Part shown: one piece after another, positions 1-7,807 of the stretch
Numbering within the stretch: the stretch's first letter is position 1
Layout: every line of letters begins with the position of its first letter
Assembly (NCBI GenBank): GCA_016936815.1
Contig: JAFGXD010000029.1
Location: 482-64,481 of the forward strand
Direction of reading: 5' to 3'
DNA: 64,000 bases
DNA from: Bacteroidales bacterium
GTDB lineage: Bacteria; Bacteroidota; Bacteroidia; Bacteroidales; GWF2-38-335
The notes under the pieces: generated by a model
Told to the model about the DNA's origin: nothing
What the model saw: only the letters and a program-made list of their open reading frames with translations
Database searches by the model: none
Program-made: the position numbers and the translations under genes

Positions 1-25
1 GTCCTGTAATTTCTTCGTGTTTCAT
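1..25 (-). CDS. 5' end of a gene running off the window; probable GxxExxY (PD-(D/E)XK-like) family protein
   Basis: Minus strand reads ATG AAA CAC GAA GAA ATT ACA GGA (MKHEEITG), resembling typical GxxExxY N-termini. Only 8 codons are visible. Confidence 0.4.
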
Positions 26-33
26 ATTAAGAT

Positions 34-172
34 GTCTGAACCATGACTTTTATAATTTAAGGAATATTTTACAAAAATAAATAAATCCTGAAAATCAACA
101 AATCCTTCTAATCCCAGTTCAGACTATTTATAATCCTGAAAATCTAATAATCCTTCTAATCCTGGTCCAGAC
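34..172. repeat. Two 41-bp direct repeats plus a partial inverted copy
   Basis: 84-124 AATCCTGAAAATCAACAAATCCTTCTAATCCCAGTTCAGAC and 132-172 AATCCTGAAAATCTAATAATCCTTCTAATCCTGGTCCAGAC. 34-46 GTCTGAACCATGA is a near reverse complement of the repeat 3' end. Confidence 0.85.
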
Positions 173-180
173 ACCCTTTT

Positions 181-1110
181 TCAAAAATTCCCCCCCGAAA
201 CAATTATTCCAACCTTCCTTCCCGAAAAAATTTCCCTATTTTCCATTATTGCAGCCAGTGGCACAGCCGATGATGGTTCTACAAGTATTTTCATTCGTTC
301 CATAATAAGTTTTTGCGCTTGCTTTATGCTTTCTTCTGTAACTGTTAAAATATCATCAACATTTTTTCTTATTATGCTTAGGGTTAGTTGGCTAAGGGAG
401 GTCAATAGGCCGTCGGCTATGGTTTTTGGATTAACAGACGGAAAAAGCTTATCGGAATAAAACGACCTAAAAGCATCATCGGCTCCTTTCGGTTCTCCCG
501 CAATTACTTTTATTTCGGGCTTCATACTTTTGGCCGAAATAGCCGTTCCACTTAATAAGCCTCCTCCTCCAACGGGAGCCATTATTATTTCCAAATTGGG
601 ATATTCTTCAAGAAGCTCCTTGCATGCTGTTCCTTGTCCTGCAATAATTCTGGAATTGTCGTAAGGATGAATAAAAGTTGCACCCGTTCTTTCCACCACT
701 AGTTTCAAAGTTTCTTCTCTGGCTTCGAGAGTAGGCTTGCAAAAAGTAATTTCTGCCCCATAAGCTTTTACTGCATCAATTTTTACCTGTGGAGCTGTTT
801 CCGGCATAACTATATAAGCTTTAATGCCTTTGTTAGCAGCAGCCAGTGCCAAAGCTCCTGCATGGTTTCCCGACGAATGTGTTGCCACTCCTCTACTTGC
901 TTCCTCCTTGGTTAATAGCGCAATTGCATGAGATGCTCCCCTAAACTTAAATGCTCCTGCTTTTTGAAAATTCTCGCATTTAAAAAATAATTCAGCTTCC
1001 ACAATATTGTTTATTAATCTGGAAGTCATTACCGGTGTTCGGTGAATTAATGGTTTTATTAAATCGTGAGCTTTACAAATATCTTCAAAAACCGGAGCTA
1101 TTTTATTCAT
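181..1110 (-). CDS. PLP-dependent serine/threonine dehydratase / serine racemase-like enzyme (PALP family, no ACT domain)
   Basis: KCENFQKAGAFKFRGA PLP-lysine motif, SSGNHA, PVGGGGLLSG, and C-terminal SGGN. Confidence 0.9.
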   Translation of the reverse strand: MNKIAPVFEDICKAHDLIKPLIHRTPVMTSRLINNIVEAELFFKCENFQKAGAFKFRGASHAIALLTKEEASRGVATHSSGNHAGALALAAANKGIKAYIVMPETAPQVKIDAVKAYGAEITFCKPTLEAREETLKLVVERTGATFIHPYDNSRIIAGQGTACKELLEEYPNLEIIMAPVGGGGLLSGTAISAKSMKPEIKVIAGEPKGADDAFRSFYSDKLFPSVNPKTIADGLLTSLSQLTLSIIRKNVDDILTVTEESIKQAQKLIMERMKILVEPSSAVPLAAIMENREIFSGRKVGIIVSGGNF

Positions 1111-2140
1111 TTTTTACTCTAAAGTTTAGTTTGCTGAAAATTGTTGTTTTTCCTAAAAAATATTCTTTTACTATCGACCCATTAAATATCTCGGGATGAA
1201 TTTGATTAATAGCATTCTCCAAGTTTTCTTCTCTGGATTTTTTCATTTTTCCAATATTTGAATAAAAACCTACATGAGCATCTAACACTGCAAAAAAATC
1301 ATCTGTCTTACACGAAAGCAGAAACTTTGCTCCGGCTATTCCATCAAGAATTAATCTTAAAAAAAATATTGAATAAAACCCCTGCTTTGGAAGGTTTTTA
1401 TATAGCAAATAGAGATTATTTCTGAAATTTAGAAAGGTCTTTTTTGGGTTCGACGCCGAAAGACTTGCTCCTCCAACATGAAATACTTTTGATGCAGGCT
1501 CACAAAATAAATTTAGCCCACGGTTCTTCATCCTCCAACATAAGTCAATTTCCTCCATGTGGGCAAAAAATCTGCCGTCAAGTCCGCCATTTTCCAAATA
1601 ATATGCTCTTTTTGTAACAAAGCATGCTCCAGAAACCCAGAAAACTTTCGAAAGCTTATCGTACTGACCTTCATCCTTTTCCAAAAAATCGAAAACTCTT
1701 CCTCTGCAAAATGCAAAGCCGTATTTATCTATAAAACCTCCTGCTGCTCCTGCATATTCGAAATATTCTTTTCTTTTGAAATCCAAAATTTTCGGCATTA
1801 CTGCTCCTACATTTTCTTCTTTAGCAAATACTTGAATAAGAGGTTGAAGCCAATTCTCACATACCTCAACATCAGAATTTAGAAGAACAACATATTCATC
1901 TTTAATTATTTCCACAGCCTTGTTATATCCCTCTGCAAATCCGTAATTTCTGTCAAATTCCAATACCTCAATTTCTGGAAAACTCTCTTTTACAAACATT
2001 ACCGATTCGTCGCCGGAATTATTATCGGCAACCACTAGCCGGCAATTAGGTATGGATGTGTGCTCTATTAAAGAAGGAAGGAATTTTGCAAGTAAGTCCC
2101 TTCCGTTCCAATTCAATATTATTACTGCAACATTAGGCAT
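1103..2140 (-). CDS. Glycosyltransferase family 2
   Basis: VIILNWNG, VADNNS, LLNSD, FFAHMEEIDLCWR and VFHVGG motifs. Confidence 0.9.
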   Translation of the reverse strand: MPNVAVIILNWNGRDLLAKFLPSLIEHTSIPNCRLVVADNNSGDESVMFVKESFPEIEVLEFDRNYGFAEGYNKAVEIIKDEYVVLLNSDVEVCENWLQPLIQVFAKEENVGAVMPKILDFKRKEYFEYAGAAGGFIDKYGFAFCRGRVFDFLEKDEGQYDKLSKVFWVSGACFVTKRAYYLENGGLDGRFFAHMEEIDLCWRMKNRGLNLFCEPASKVFHVGGASLSASNPKKTFLNFRNNLYLLYKNLPKQGFYSIFFLRLILDGIAGAKFLLSCKTDDFFAVLDAHVGFYSNIGKMKKSREENLENAINQIHPEIFNGSIVKEYFLGKTTIFSKLNFRVKNE

Positions 2141-3047
2141 ATACTTTAAATTTTTGATTAAATTTTTTCTCCAAGTCTTCTCTTTTGTGCTTCCATCTTC
2201 TATGTGTCCATAACCAAAGCTCCGGATTTCTTCTAATTTTCTCCTCCATTATTGCCATAAATTTTTGCACAAGCCCCATTTCCGGCTCCAAAGCAGGATT
2301 ATCTGATATTTCTATGAATTCAACCTTATAAAATCCCCTCTTTACTTTCATAATATCCACATACACCACTGCATGGTTAAGTTTTTTGGCAATTTTTTCG
2401 AAACCAATAATAACAGGCGTTTCATGATTTAAAAAGGGGATATACACCTGAATCTCTGTTCTGGCAGGCGATTGATCAGAAAGAAACAAACTCAAAACCG
2501 GAATTCCTTTACTGTCCATTTCAACAAGTTTGCGGTATGTTTCTTTCATTGAAACCATAATATTCCCATATCGCGAACGTAATTTATTAGAAAGTTTATC
2601 AATAGATTTATTCGATTGAGGCTTATACACCGAAACCATCTGATGCGGAATAACCAGCGGAGCAGCCTGCATCCACTCCCAATTTGCGTAATGCCCAAAA
2701 ACTGCAATAACCGACTGACCTTTTTTATGGTATTTATCAAGCATTTTGGGATTTACAAATTCGAACCTCTTTAAATGAGCAGGGGGGGAAAGATGAATTG
2801 CCTTAAAAGTTTCAAAAACCAAATCGCAGAAATGTTTGTAGAACTTCTTCGCAATTTCTTGTATTTCCTCTTCGGTTTTTTCCGGAAACGAATTCTTTAA
2901 ATTCTCGAAAACAACCTTTTTTCTGTAGCCAACAATATAAAAAACAAAATAGTAAAACAGTTCAGAGAAAAAAAACAAAACCCTGAAAGGCAGCAAAGTA
3001 AACAACCAAACTACAGAATAAAACAAGAAAAAAGAAAATGTTTGCAT
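2133..3047 (-). CDS. Lipid A biosynthesis acyltransferase (LpxL/HtrB family)
   Basis: GHYANWEW, LSDQSP and PELWLWTHRRWK motifs. Start placed at ATG 3047 because a promoter -7 box overlaps the upstream GTG. Confidence 0.88.
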   Translation of the reverse strand: MQTFSFFLFYSVVWLFTLLPFRVLFFFSELFYYFVFYIVGYRKKVVFENLKNSFPEKTEEEIQEIAKKFYKHFCDLVFETFKAIHLSPPAHLKRFEFVNPKMLDKYHKKGQSVIAVFGHYANWEWMQAAPLVIPHQMVSVYKPQSNKSIDKLSNKLRSRYGNIMVSMKETYRKLVEMDSKGIPVLSLFLSDQSPARTEIQVYIPFLNHETPVIIGFEKIAKKLNHAVVYVDIMKVKRGFYKVEFIEISDNPALEPEMGLVQKFMAIMEEKIRRNPELWLWTHRRWKHKREDLEKKFNQKFKVYA

Positions 3048-3062
3048 TTTTGCATTTTTGCA

Positions 3063-3070
3063 CAAAGATA
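3063..3070 (-). promoter_or_regulatory. Bacteroidota sigma-A -7 box (TATCTTTG) for the acyltransferase-GT2-dehydratase operon
   Basis: Matches TAnnTTTG consensus, about 15 nt upstream of ATG 3047. Confidence 0.6.
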
Positions 3071-3239
3071 ATTTTTTTGAGCCAATCTAACTATTTTCCT
3101 TTTTACCAAGTTTCAAAATATACACTTGGTTCAATTAGTCAATTCCTTAAGCACAATAAGTATTGAAAAGCAGACGTTTGGTTATTTTATTTTCGTTATA
3201 GATTATTGATAATTCCAAAAAAAAAACTAGGTTTGTAAT

Positions 3240-3863
3240 ATGAAAAGATTAATTATTACTGTTTTTGTAATTACTATAATGCTACCCGGATTTTCTCAGG
3301 ATACACTAAATGTTGATGATGACGGCTATTTGCTGAATGATGAGGTTCACATTTCCGGATTTGGAGGACCTTCTATTGGTTTTTCAAGCATAAATAACAA
3401 TTTTGCTTTACTAATGGGCGGTTCGGGAGGTATAAATTTTAATAATAATCTTTTTTTTGGAGGTTATGGATCTGGAATAACTAACAAAATTACTGTCGAT
3501 TCTGCTGTATATGAAGGAAGCAATATTGGTTTTGCAAGTGGAGGCTTGTTTACTGGTTTTGTATTGTTTAATAAAATGAAATTGCATCCAGTAGTTTCAT
3601 TAATGGTTGGCTGGGGAAGTGTTTCTATTGCAAATGATCTTGGTTATATTATTGATATTGACAATGTTTATGTGGTTACACCGGCTTTTGATTTGGAATA
3701 TAACTTTGCCGATTACTTCCGGCTATGCATTGGGGTTTATTACAGAAACATATCAGGTATTGAAAAACTTGAATTCGATAATAAGGATTTTAGTAATTTC
3801 GGGGGACATCTAACTTTGAAATTCGGATGGTTCGGTGAAAATAATCTAGAAGATTACGAATAA
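3240..3863 (+). CDS. Hypothetical outer-membrane beta-barrel-like protein
   Basis: Signal peptide, Gly/aromatic-rich amphipathic strands, and a terminal LTLKFGWF strand. Confidence 0.65.
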   Translation: MKRLIITVFVITIMLPGFSQDTLNVDDDGYLLNDEVHISGFGGPSIGFSSINNNFALLMGGSGGINFNNNLFFGGYGSGITNKITVDSAVYEGSNIGFASGGLFTGFVLFNKMKLHPVVSLMVGWGSVSIANDLGYIIDIDNVYVVTPAFDLEYNFADYFRLCIGVYYRNISGIEKLEFDNKDFSNFGGHLTLKFGWFGENNLEDYE

Positions 3864-4886
3864 TTTCTCAGACCAAGTTTCATTATTATTCCAAACTTTT
3901 AAAAGAAAAACCCCGCTGTTTTTTATTTCAACCTCAATATTTTCTTTTTCATTGCTTATTCCTGAAAGTAAAACAAATCCTGTTAATGAGACTATTTGAT
4001 ACTGCAAATCCTTTTTACTAAATTCAAGGGATAATTTGCTTTTGTTAATTTGATAGCTGTATGGGGTATGATTTATAATGTTTTCAATATATAAATATGC
4101 ACCATAAATCGAGTCAACCCAATTGGGATTGTCAATAAACGGATTTCTATTACCTTGAATATTATATACTTCATTATTTCTATCTATTTCTTTTGTGCTT
4201 ACCGGATCTTCAAAATCCCATTTTCTCATTAATTCCAGAGCCCAGGGTTTCAATTGAGCTCCGGTTGTCATATCGCTTCCGGGCCAACCGCTGTCTTCAC
4301 CTAAATATCTAACAGTCATGTAAAAATAGGCTCTGGCAAAATCGCCCTTATATTCATCAATGGGTTCGAAAACTGTACCATTGTAACCTGGAAAATTGCA
4401 TGTTCCTAATTTGCTTCCATTCATTGATGTCCAAGTTGCTGAACCAACCTCTCCGTAAGGAAAACTAGATCTTTTACCATTTACGTAACCATCCGTAGGA
4501 TAAAGAATAAATAAGTCGCTATACATTGGGGAAACTTCCCCGCCAAACCAGCTTTTTGGCCATGAATGTTCCCTGTTGTAGCAATCTGCTTCGCTATTAT
4601 AGCTGCCACATTGGTCTCCCGATACAAAACTATATTCGTATGGAGGTGTTCCGCCGGGCACATCGCTGTACATATCCCATACTTTTCCATTCGGCTTTTT
4701 GTCGGTATTCTCGAAATGATTGTGTAAATCGGAATACGATTGTACATCGTGATTATCGATAATGTTATGAAGTGCTGATTTTAAAGCAGTTCCACTTAAT
4801 CCTTCTGCCGAATCGTAGTAGCCCGCAGGAATTTGAGAAAAAACAAAAGCGGGTAATAACAATAATAGAAATAGTAATTTCTTCAT
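3846..4886 (-). CDS. Secreted endonuclease I family nuclease (EndA/Bsn-like) with degenerate T9SS-like C-terminus
   Basis: Signal peptide; YNREHSWPKSW, KGDFARAYFYM and GNRNPFID motifs. Confidence 0.9.
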   Translation of the reverse strand: MKKLLFLLLLLPAFVFSQIPAGYYDSAEGLSGTALKSALHNIIDNHDVQSYSDLHNHFENTDKKPNGKVWDMYSDVPGGTPPYEYSFVSGDQCGSYNSEADCYNREHSWPKSWFGGEVSPMYSDLFILYPTDGYVNGKRSSFPYGEVGSATWTSMNGSKLGTCNFPGYNGTVFEPIDEYKGDFARAYFYMTVRYLGEDSGWPGSDMTTGAQLKPWALELMRKWDFEDPVSTKEIDRNNEVYNIQGNRNPFIDNPNWVDSIYGAYLYIENIINHTPYSYQINKSKLSLEFSKKDLQYQIVSLTGFVLLSGISNEKENIEVEIKNSGVFLLKVWNNNETWSEKLFVIF

Positions 4887-5159
4887 TTAATTAATTTTTG
4901 TAAATTTTCTTTCATTGCAAAAATACTACTTTCTATTGTCTTTTTAATTTTATCTAAAAAAATAAATCGTTGTAGTCCGATAAAACCAAAAATGGGATTG
5001 CATTATTAAAACAAAGGATATGTTGTCAATACGACACTTTTGTTAATGTTAAACTTTCGAGTTTTGACGGTATTTCTGTCAAATGAGGCTGTCGATATTA
5101 AATTTAGCCGAAGGCTCACAAACGCAAGGAGTAAACCACAAACGAACAACTCCCTCCCT

Positions 5160-5834
5160 TTAAAACCTATTTACAAAACTAACAACAAACAATCCACTTT
5201 CACCTAAACTTGTCTTATACAAATATATTCCTGCTTCTAATTTACTTACATCTAAAGAAATCGAAAATTCAGTTCCGGAAATCAATTTGCATTTTGCACT
5301 TACATCTTCTCCGGATATATTAAATATTTTAAATTCCTCGCCAATAAATTCATTAGAACTAATGGTTAAATAGCTATTACAAGGATTTGGGTAAATTGTA
5401 AGTTTGTTCTCTTTTGCTGTTACATTAACCGCTTCTATCTTACTAAAGGTATAAGTACCATCAAAATCCACTTGTCTTATCCTATAATAATTTATTCCCG
5501 GCGAAGGACTGCAATCAACATCATAATACAAAACCAACTCATTAGAATTCCCTTTTCCGTTAATACTCGAAATAACTTCCCAATTATTTGCTTCATCAGC
5601 CTTTTCAATTAAAAAATAATCGTTGTTAATTTCTGAAACCGTCTCCCATTCAAGTATTACTTCCTCGTTTTCTAAATAGGCCACAAAATTACCAAAAGAA
5701 ACGGGCAAAGGAACTTCATTGTAATTATTGCCAACACAATTACAATCAAAACCATCACCTATTCCGCTTGAATAAATATTTTGAGAAAAAGCGTTATTAA
5801 ATATTAACAAACAGATAATTAACAAATTTTTCAT
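5160..5834 (-). CDS. Small T9SS type A sorting-domain protein
   Basis: Signal peptide, PLPVSF...WETVSEINNDYF...YYRIRQVDFDG Ig-like module, and IYPNP...GIYLY CTD. Confidence 0.85.
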   Translation of the reverse strand: MKNLLIICLLIFNNAFSQNIYSSGIGDGFDCNCVGNNYNEVPLPVSFGNFVAYLENEEVILEWETVSEINNDYFLIEKADEANNWEVISSINGKGNSNELVLYYDVDCSPSPGINYYRIRQVDFDGTYTFSKIEAVNVTAKENKLTIYPNPCNSYLTISSNEFIGEEFKIFNISGEDVSAKCKLISGTEFSISLDVSKLEAGIYLYKTSLGESGLFVVSFVNRF

Positions 5835-5862
5835 CTCTACAATTTTTTAATTAATCAAAATT

Positions 5863-7461
5863 TTATGGAGCAATACGAACACCGCGACTTCCATCACTAT
5901 TGTGGTGAATGTTTAACCCAAACGAACCGTAGTAGCGGTCAGACACACGTAAGTACGATGCAGGAGCTCGCCAATAGCCGCCTCGGGAGTTGGCACCAAT
6001 TGCATCGCTACCGGGCCAGTTGCTAACATCGGCATTACCTGTGGCATTTAATTCCCCGTTGCCATGCGTTCCTGTAAATTCCCTCCCTTTAGTGTTTCCA
6101 ACAGATATAGCTCGTTCCCAGTTGTTTCCACTCATTTCCATAATACCGTAAAACGTAGCACCAACCCCTACTCTTGTGCTTACTCCTTGCCCAAAATTGC
6201 CCGCTCTCATGGGACCTTGCACGCTGGCATGGTTATCGGAAGCAGCGTTGGCTCCTACATTGCTTGCTGTTTCGTTGTTGGCTCCGCTATTGCTAATTCC
6301 TGTGGCTTTTGCAATGCTAGAGCTACCCCAAGCATATTCGTTAGCTACGGCAGATAGTGTACCTCGGCAGGCTTTTTCATATTCCAACTCCGTCATAGGA
6401 CGCAAGGCTGCCCAATCTAAATATGCAGCAAGGTCTGCCCAATTTACCCAGTTGCAAGAAATGTTTTGACCGTCATCACTTTCGTTGGCAATATCGTTAC
6501 CGTTATAATCGCAATAAAAACTAATTGGGTCAGAACTGTGTATACTGGCATCGCAACGTACCCCATTGCGAGATATTATAGTTGCAGAATTACTCATTAC
6601 ATATCTATTAGTAACGGAAGTTGTTCCGGAAGAAAGATTAGTATTTGTTCTTACATTTTGCTGAGTACGGTCTAATTTATTTAGAAATACCACATACTGC
6701 TCTTGAGTAATCTCATATTTCATGCAATAAAAGGCATTGTATCCTTTCGGAAAATCAGCGGGGAGGGTTTGACTGTCTACATCGTTAAAATCATCTTTAT
6801 AACCAACAGCCATACCTAATGCATTATTGTTTCCTAAACTACCTGCACCACCACCACCAAGGGTAAGAGCTCCTTCGGAAGTGATTTGCAAGGCCGCTCC
6901 GCTTGTGCCACTCTCAAACTGTCCTCTTATAGAGATACTTGTACCATCGCCCACGTAAAAACTTCCTTGAGGAACATACACCATTTCAATAGCCATTACG
7001 CAATATTCAATGCTATCGGTATCTGAAACTCCATCGAAACCGTAATTCCACCGCAATTTTACTCCTGTGTAACTTACCGAACCTTGAGGAAATTCGGTGT
7101 TGCCGTAAATAAAAATTCCTTTTGAATGTCCCATTCCATCGTCGTTGGAACTTGAAATGGCAGCATTAGCAGGAACTGTATGTCCATCGCCACTGCCTGT
7201 TCCGTCAACCCAATTCAAACTTGCATGATTCCATATTGTTGAATTTTTAAGACGGTATTTAATAAAAACCCAAGATGCATCCCAGTTCGAAGGCCCTGTG
7301 GCTACACGCCAAGAATTTTCCCATGAAATATCAAACTCAATAAATGTGCAGTGATTTACAATATCCTGATTGCATATATTAACATTGCTAATCGAAATAT
7401 TGTTTGCAAACGATTCAAAAGATAAAATGACAAATATTATTAACCATACTATTTTCCTCAT
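5863..7461 (-). CDS. Secreted FGE-sulfatase/SUMF1-family (C-type lectin fold) protein
   Basis: Signal peptide from ATG 7461; MVYVPQGSF, MKYEITQEQY, LRPMTELEYEKACRG, YGIMEMSGNNWE and RGGYW...RGVR motifs. Confidence 0.88.
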   Translation of the reverse strand: MRKIVWLIIFVILSFESFANNISISNVNICNQDIVNHCTFIEFDISWENSWRVATGPSNWDASWVFIKYRLKNSTIWNHASLNWVDGTGSGDGHTVPANAAISSSNDDGMGHSKGIFIYGNTEFPQGSVSYTGVKLRWNYGFDGVSDTDSIEYCVMAIEMVYVPQGSFYVGDGTSISIRGQFESGTSGAALQITSEGALTLGGGGAGSLGNNNALGMAVGYKDDFNDVDSQTLPADFPKGYNAFYCMKYEITQEQYVVFLNKLDRTQQNVRTNTNLSSGTTSVTNRYVMSNSATIISRNGVRCDASIHSSDPISFYCDYNGNDIANESDDGQNISCNWVNWADLAAYLDWAALRPMTELEYEKACRGTLSAVANEYAWGSSSIAKATGISNSGANNETASNVGANAASDNHASVQGPMRAGNFGQGVSTRVGVGATFYGIMEMSGNNWERAISVGNTKGREFTGTHGNGELNATGNADVSNWPGSDAIGANSRGGYWRAPASYLRVSDRYYGSFGLNIHHNSDGSRGVRIAP

Positions 7462-7555
7462 TATCACTTTATATACTAATTTGATAGTTATTTTTTTCTT
7501 AATATTCATTTGCGTAAAAGTTTGTTAAACATTAGAAAAACAGTTTGTTTGAAAT

Positions 7556-7762
7556 AATAATCCGTCTCCTTTAATTTTTACACATGCACAAAGAAACTCC
7601 TATAACACAAGATAGGATTTGTGAATTAACACCACTATTAGCAACCATAAACTGAGGTGGACGTCGGATAGGATATGCCGACAAAGGAAGGAATTTTGTG
7701 CTTAAGAAAAATCCTTCTTTACTGCATGTTAATGTGAAAATTGAAAAGGAAGACGGATTATT
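7556..7762. ncRNA. Putative structured RNA or MITE-like element of unknown class
   Basis: Perfect 12-bp terminal inverted repeat AATAATCCGTCT/AGACGGATTATT extends inward as an interrupted stem enclosing four hairpins. Strand and transcription are unknown. Confidence 0.5.
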
Positions 7763-7807
7763 TATTAATATCATTGACTTTTTCTGTTTATTGTTTTTAC
7801 TTTTTTG

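Noticed and set aside
84-172. 41-bp direct repeats as a mini CRISPR array
   Set aside because: Only two copies with a 7-nt gap and no cas genes; the architecture does not match repeat-spacer arrays.
181-200. Dehydratase ends abruptly at SGGNF next to a G7 run (possible phase variation)
   Set aside because: All catalytic motifs are present and the run encodes the conserved Gly-Gly; there is no sign of a frameshift.
5020-5158. Possible DGR template repeat or c-di-GMP riboswitch
   Set aside because: Only a 7-nt match (ACGAACA) to the FGE 3' end, and the riboswitch consensus elements are not present in order.
7571-7774. 67-aa ORF in the ORF track
   Set aside because: No recognisable motif, and it coincides with the inverted-repeat structure, which explains the region better.
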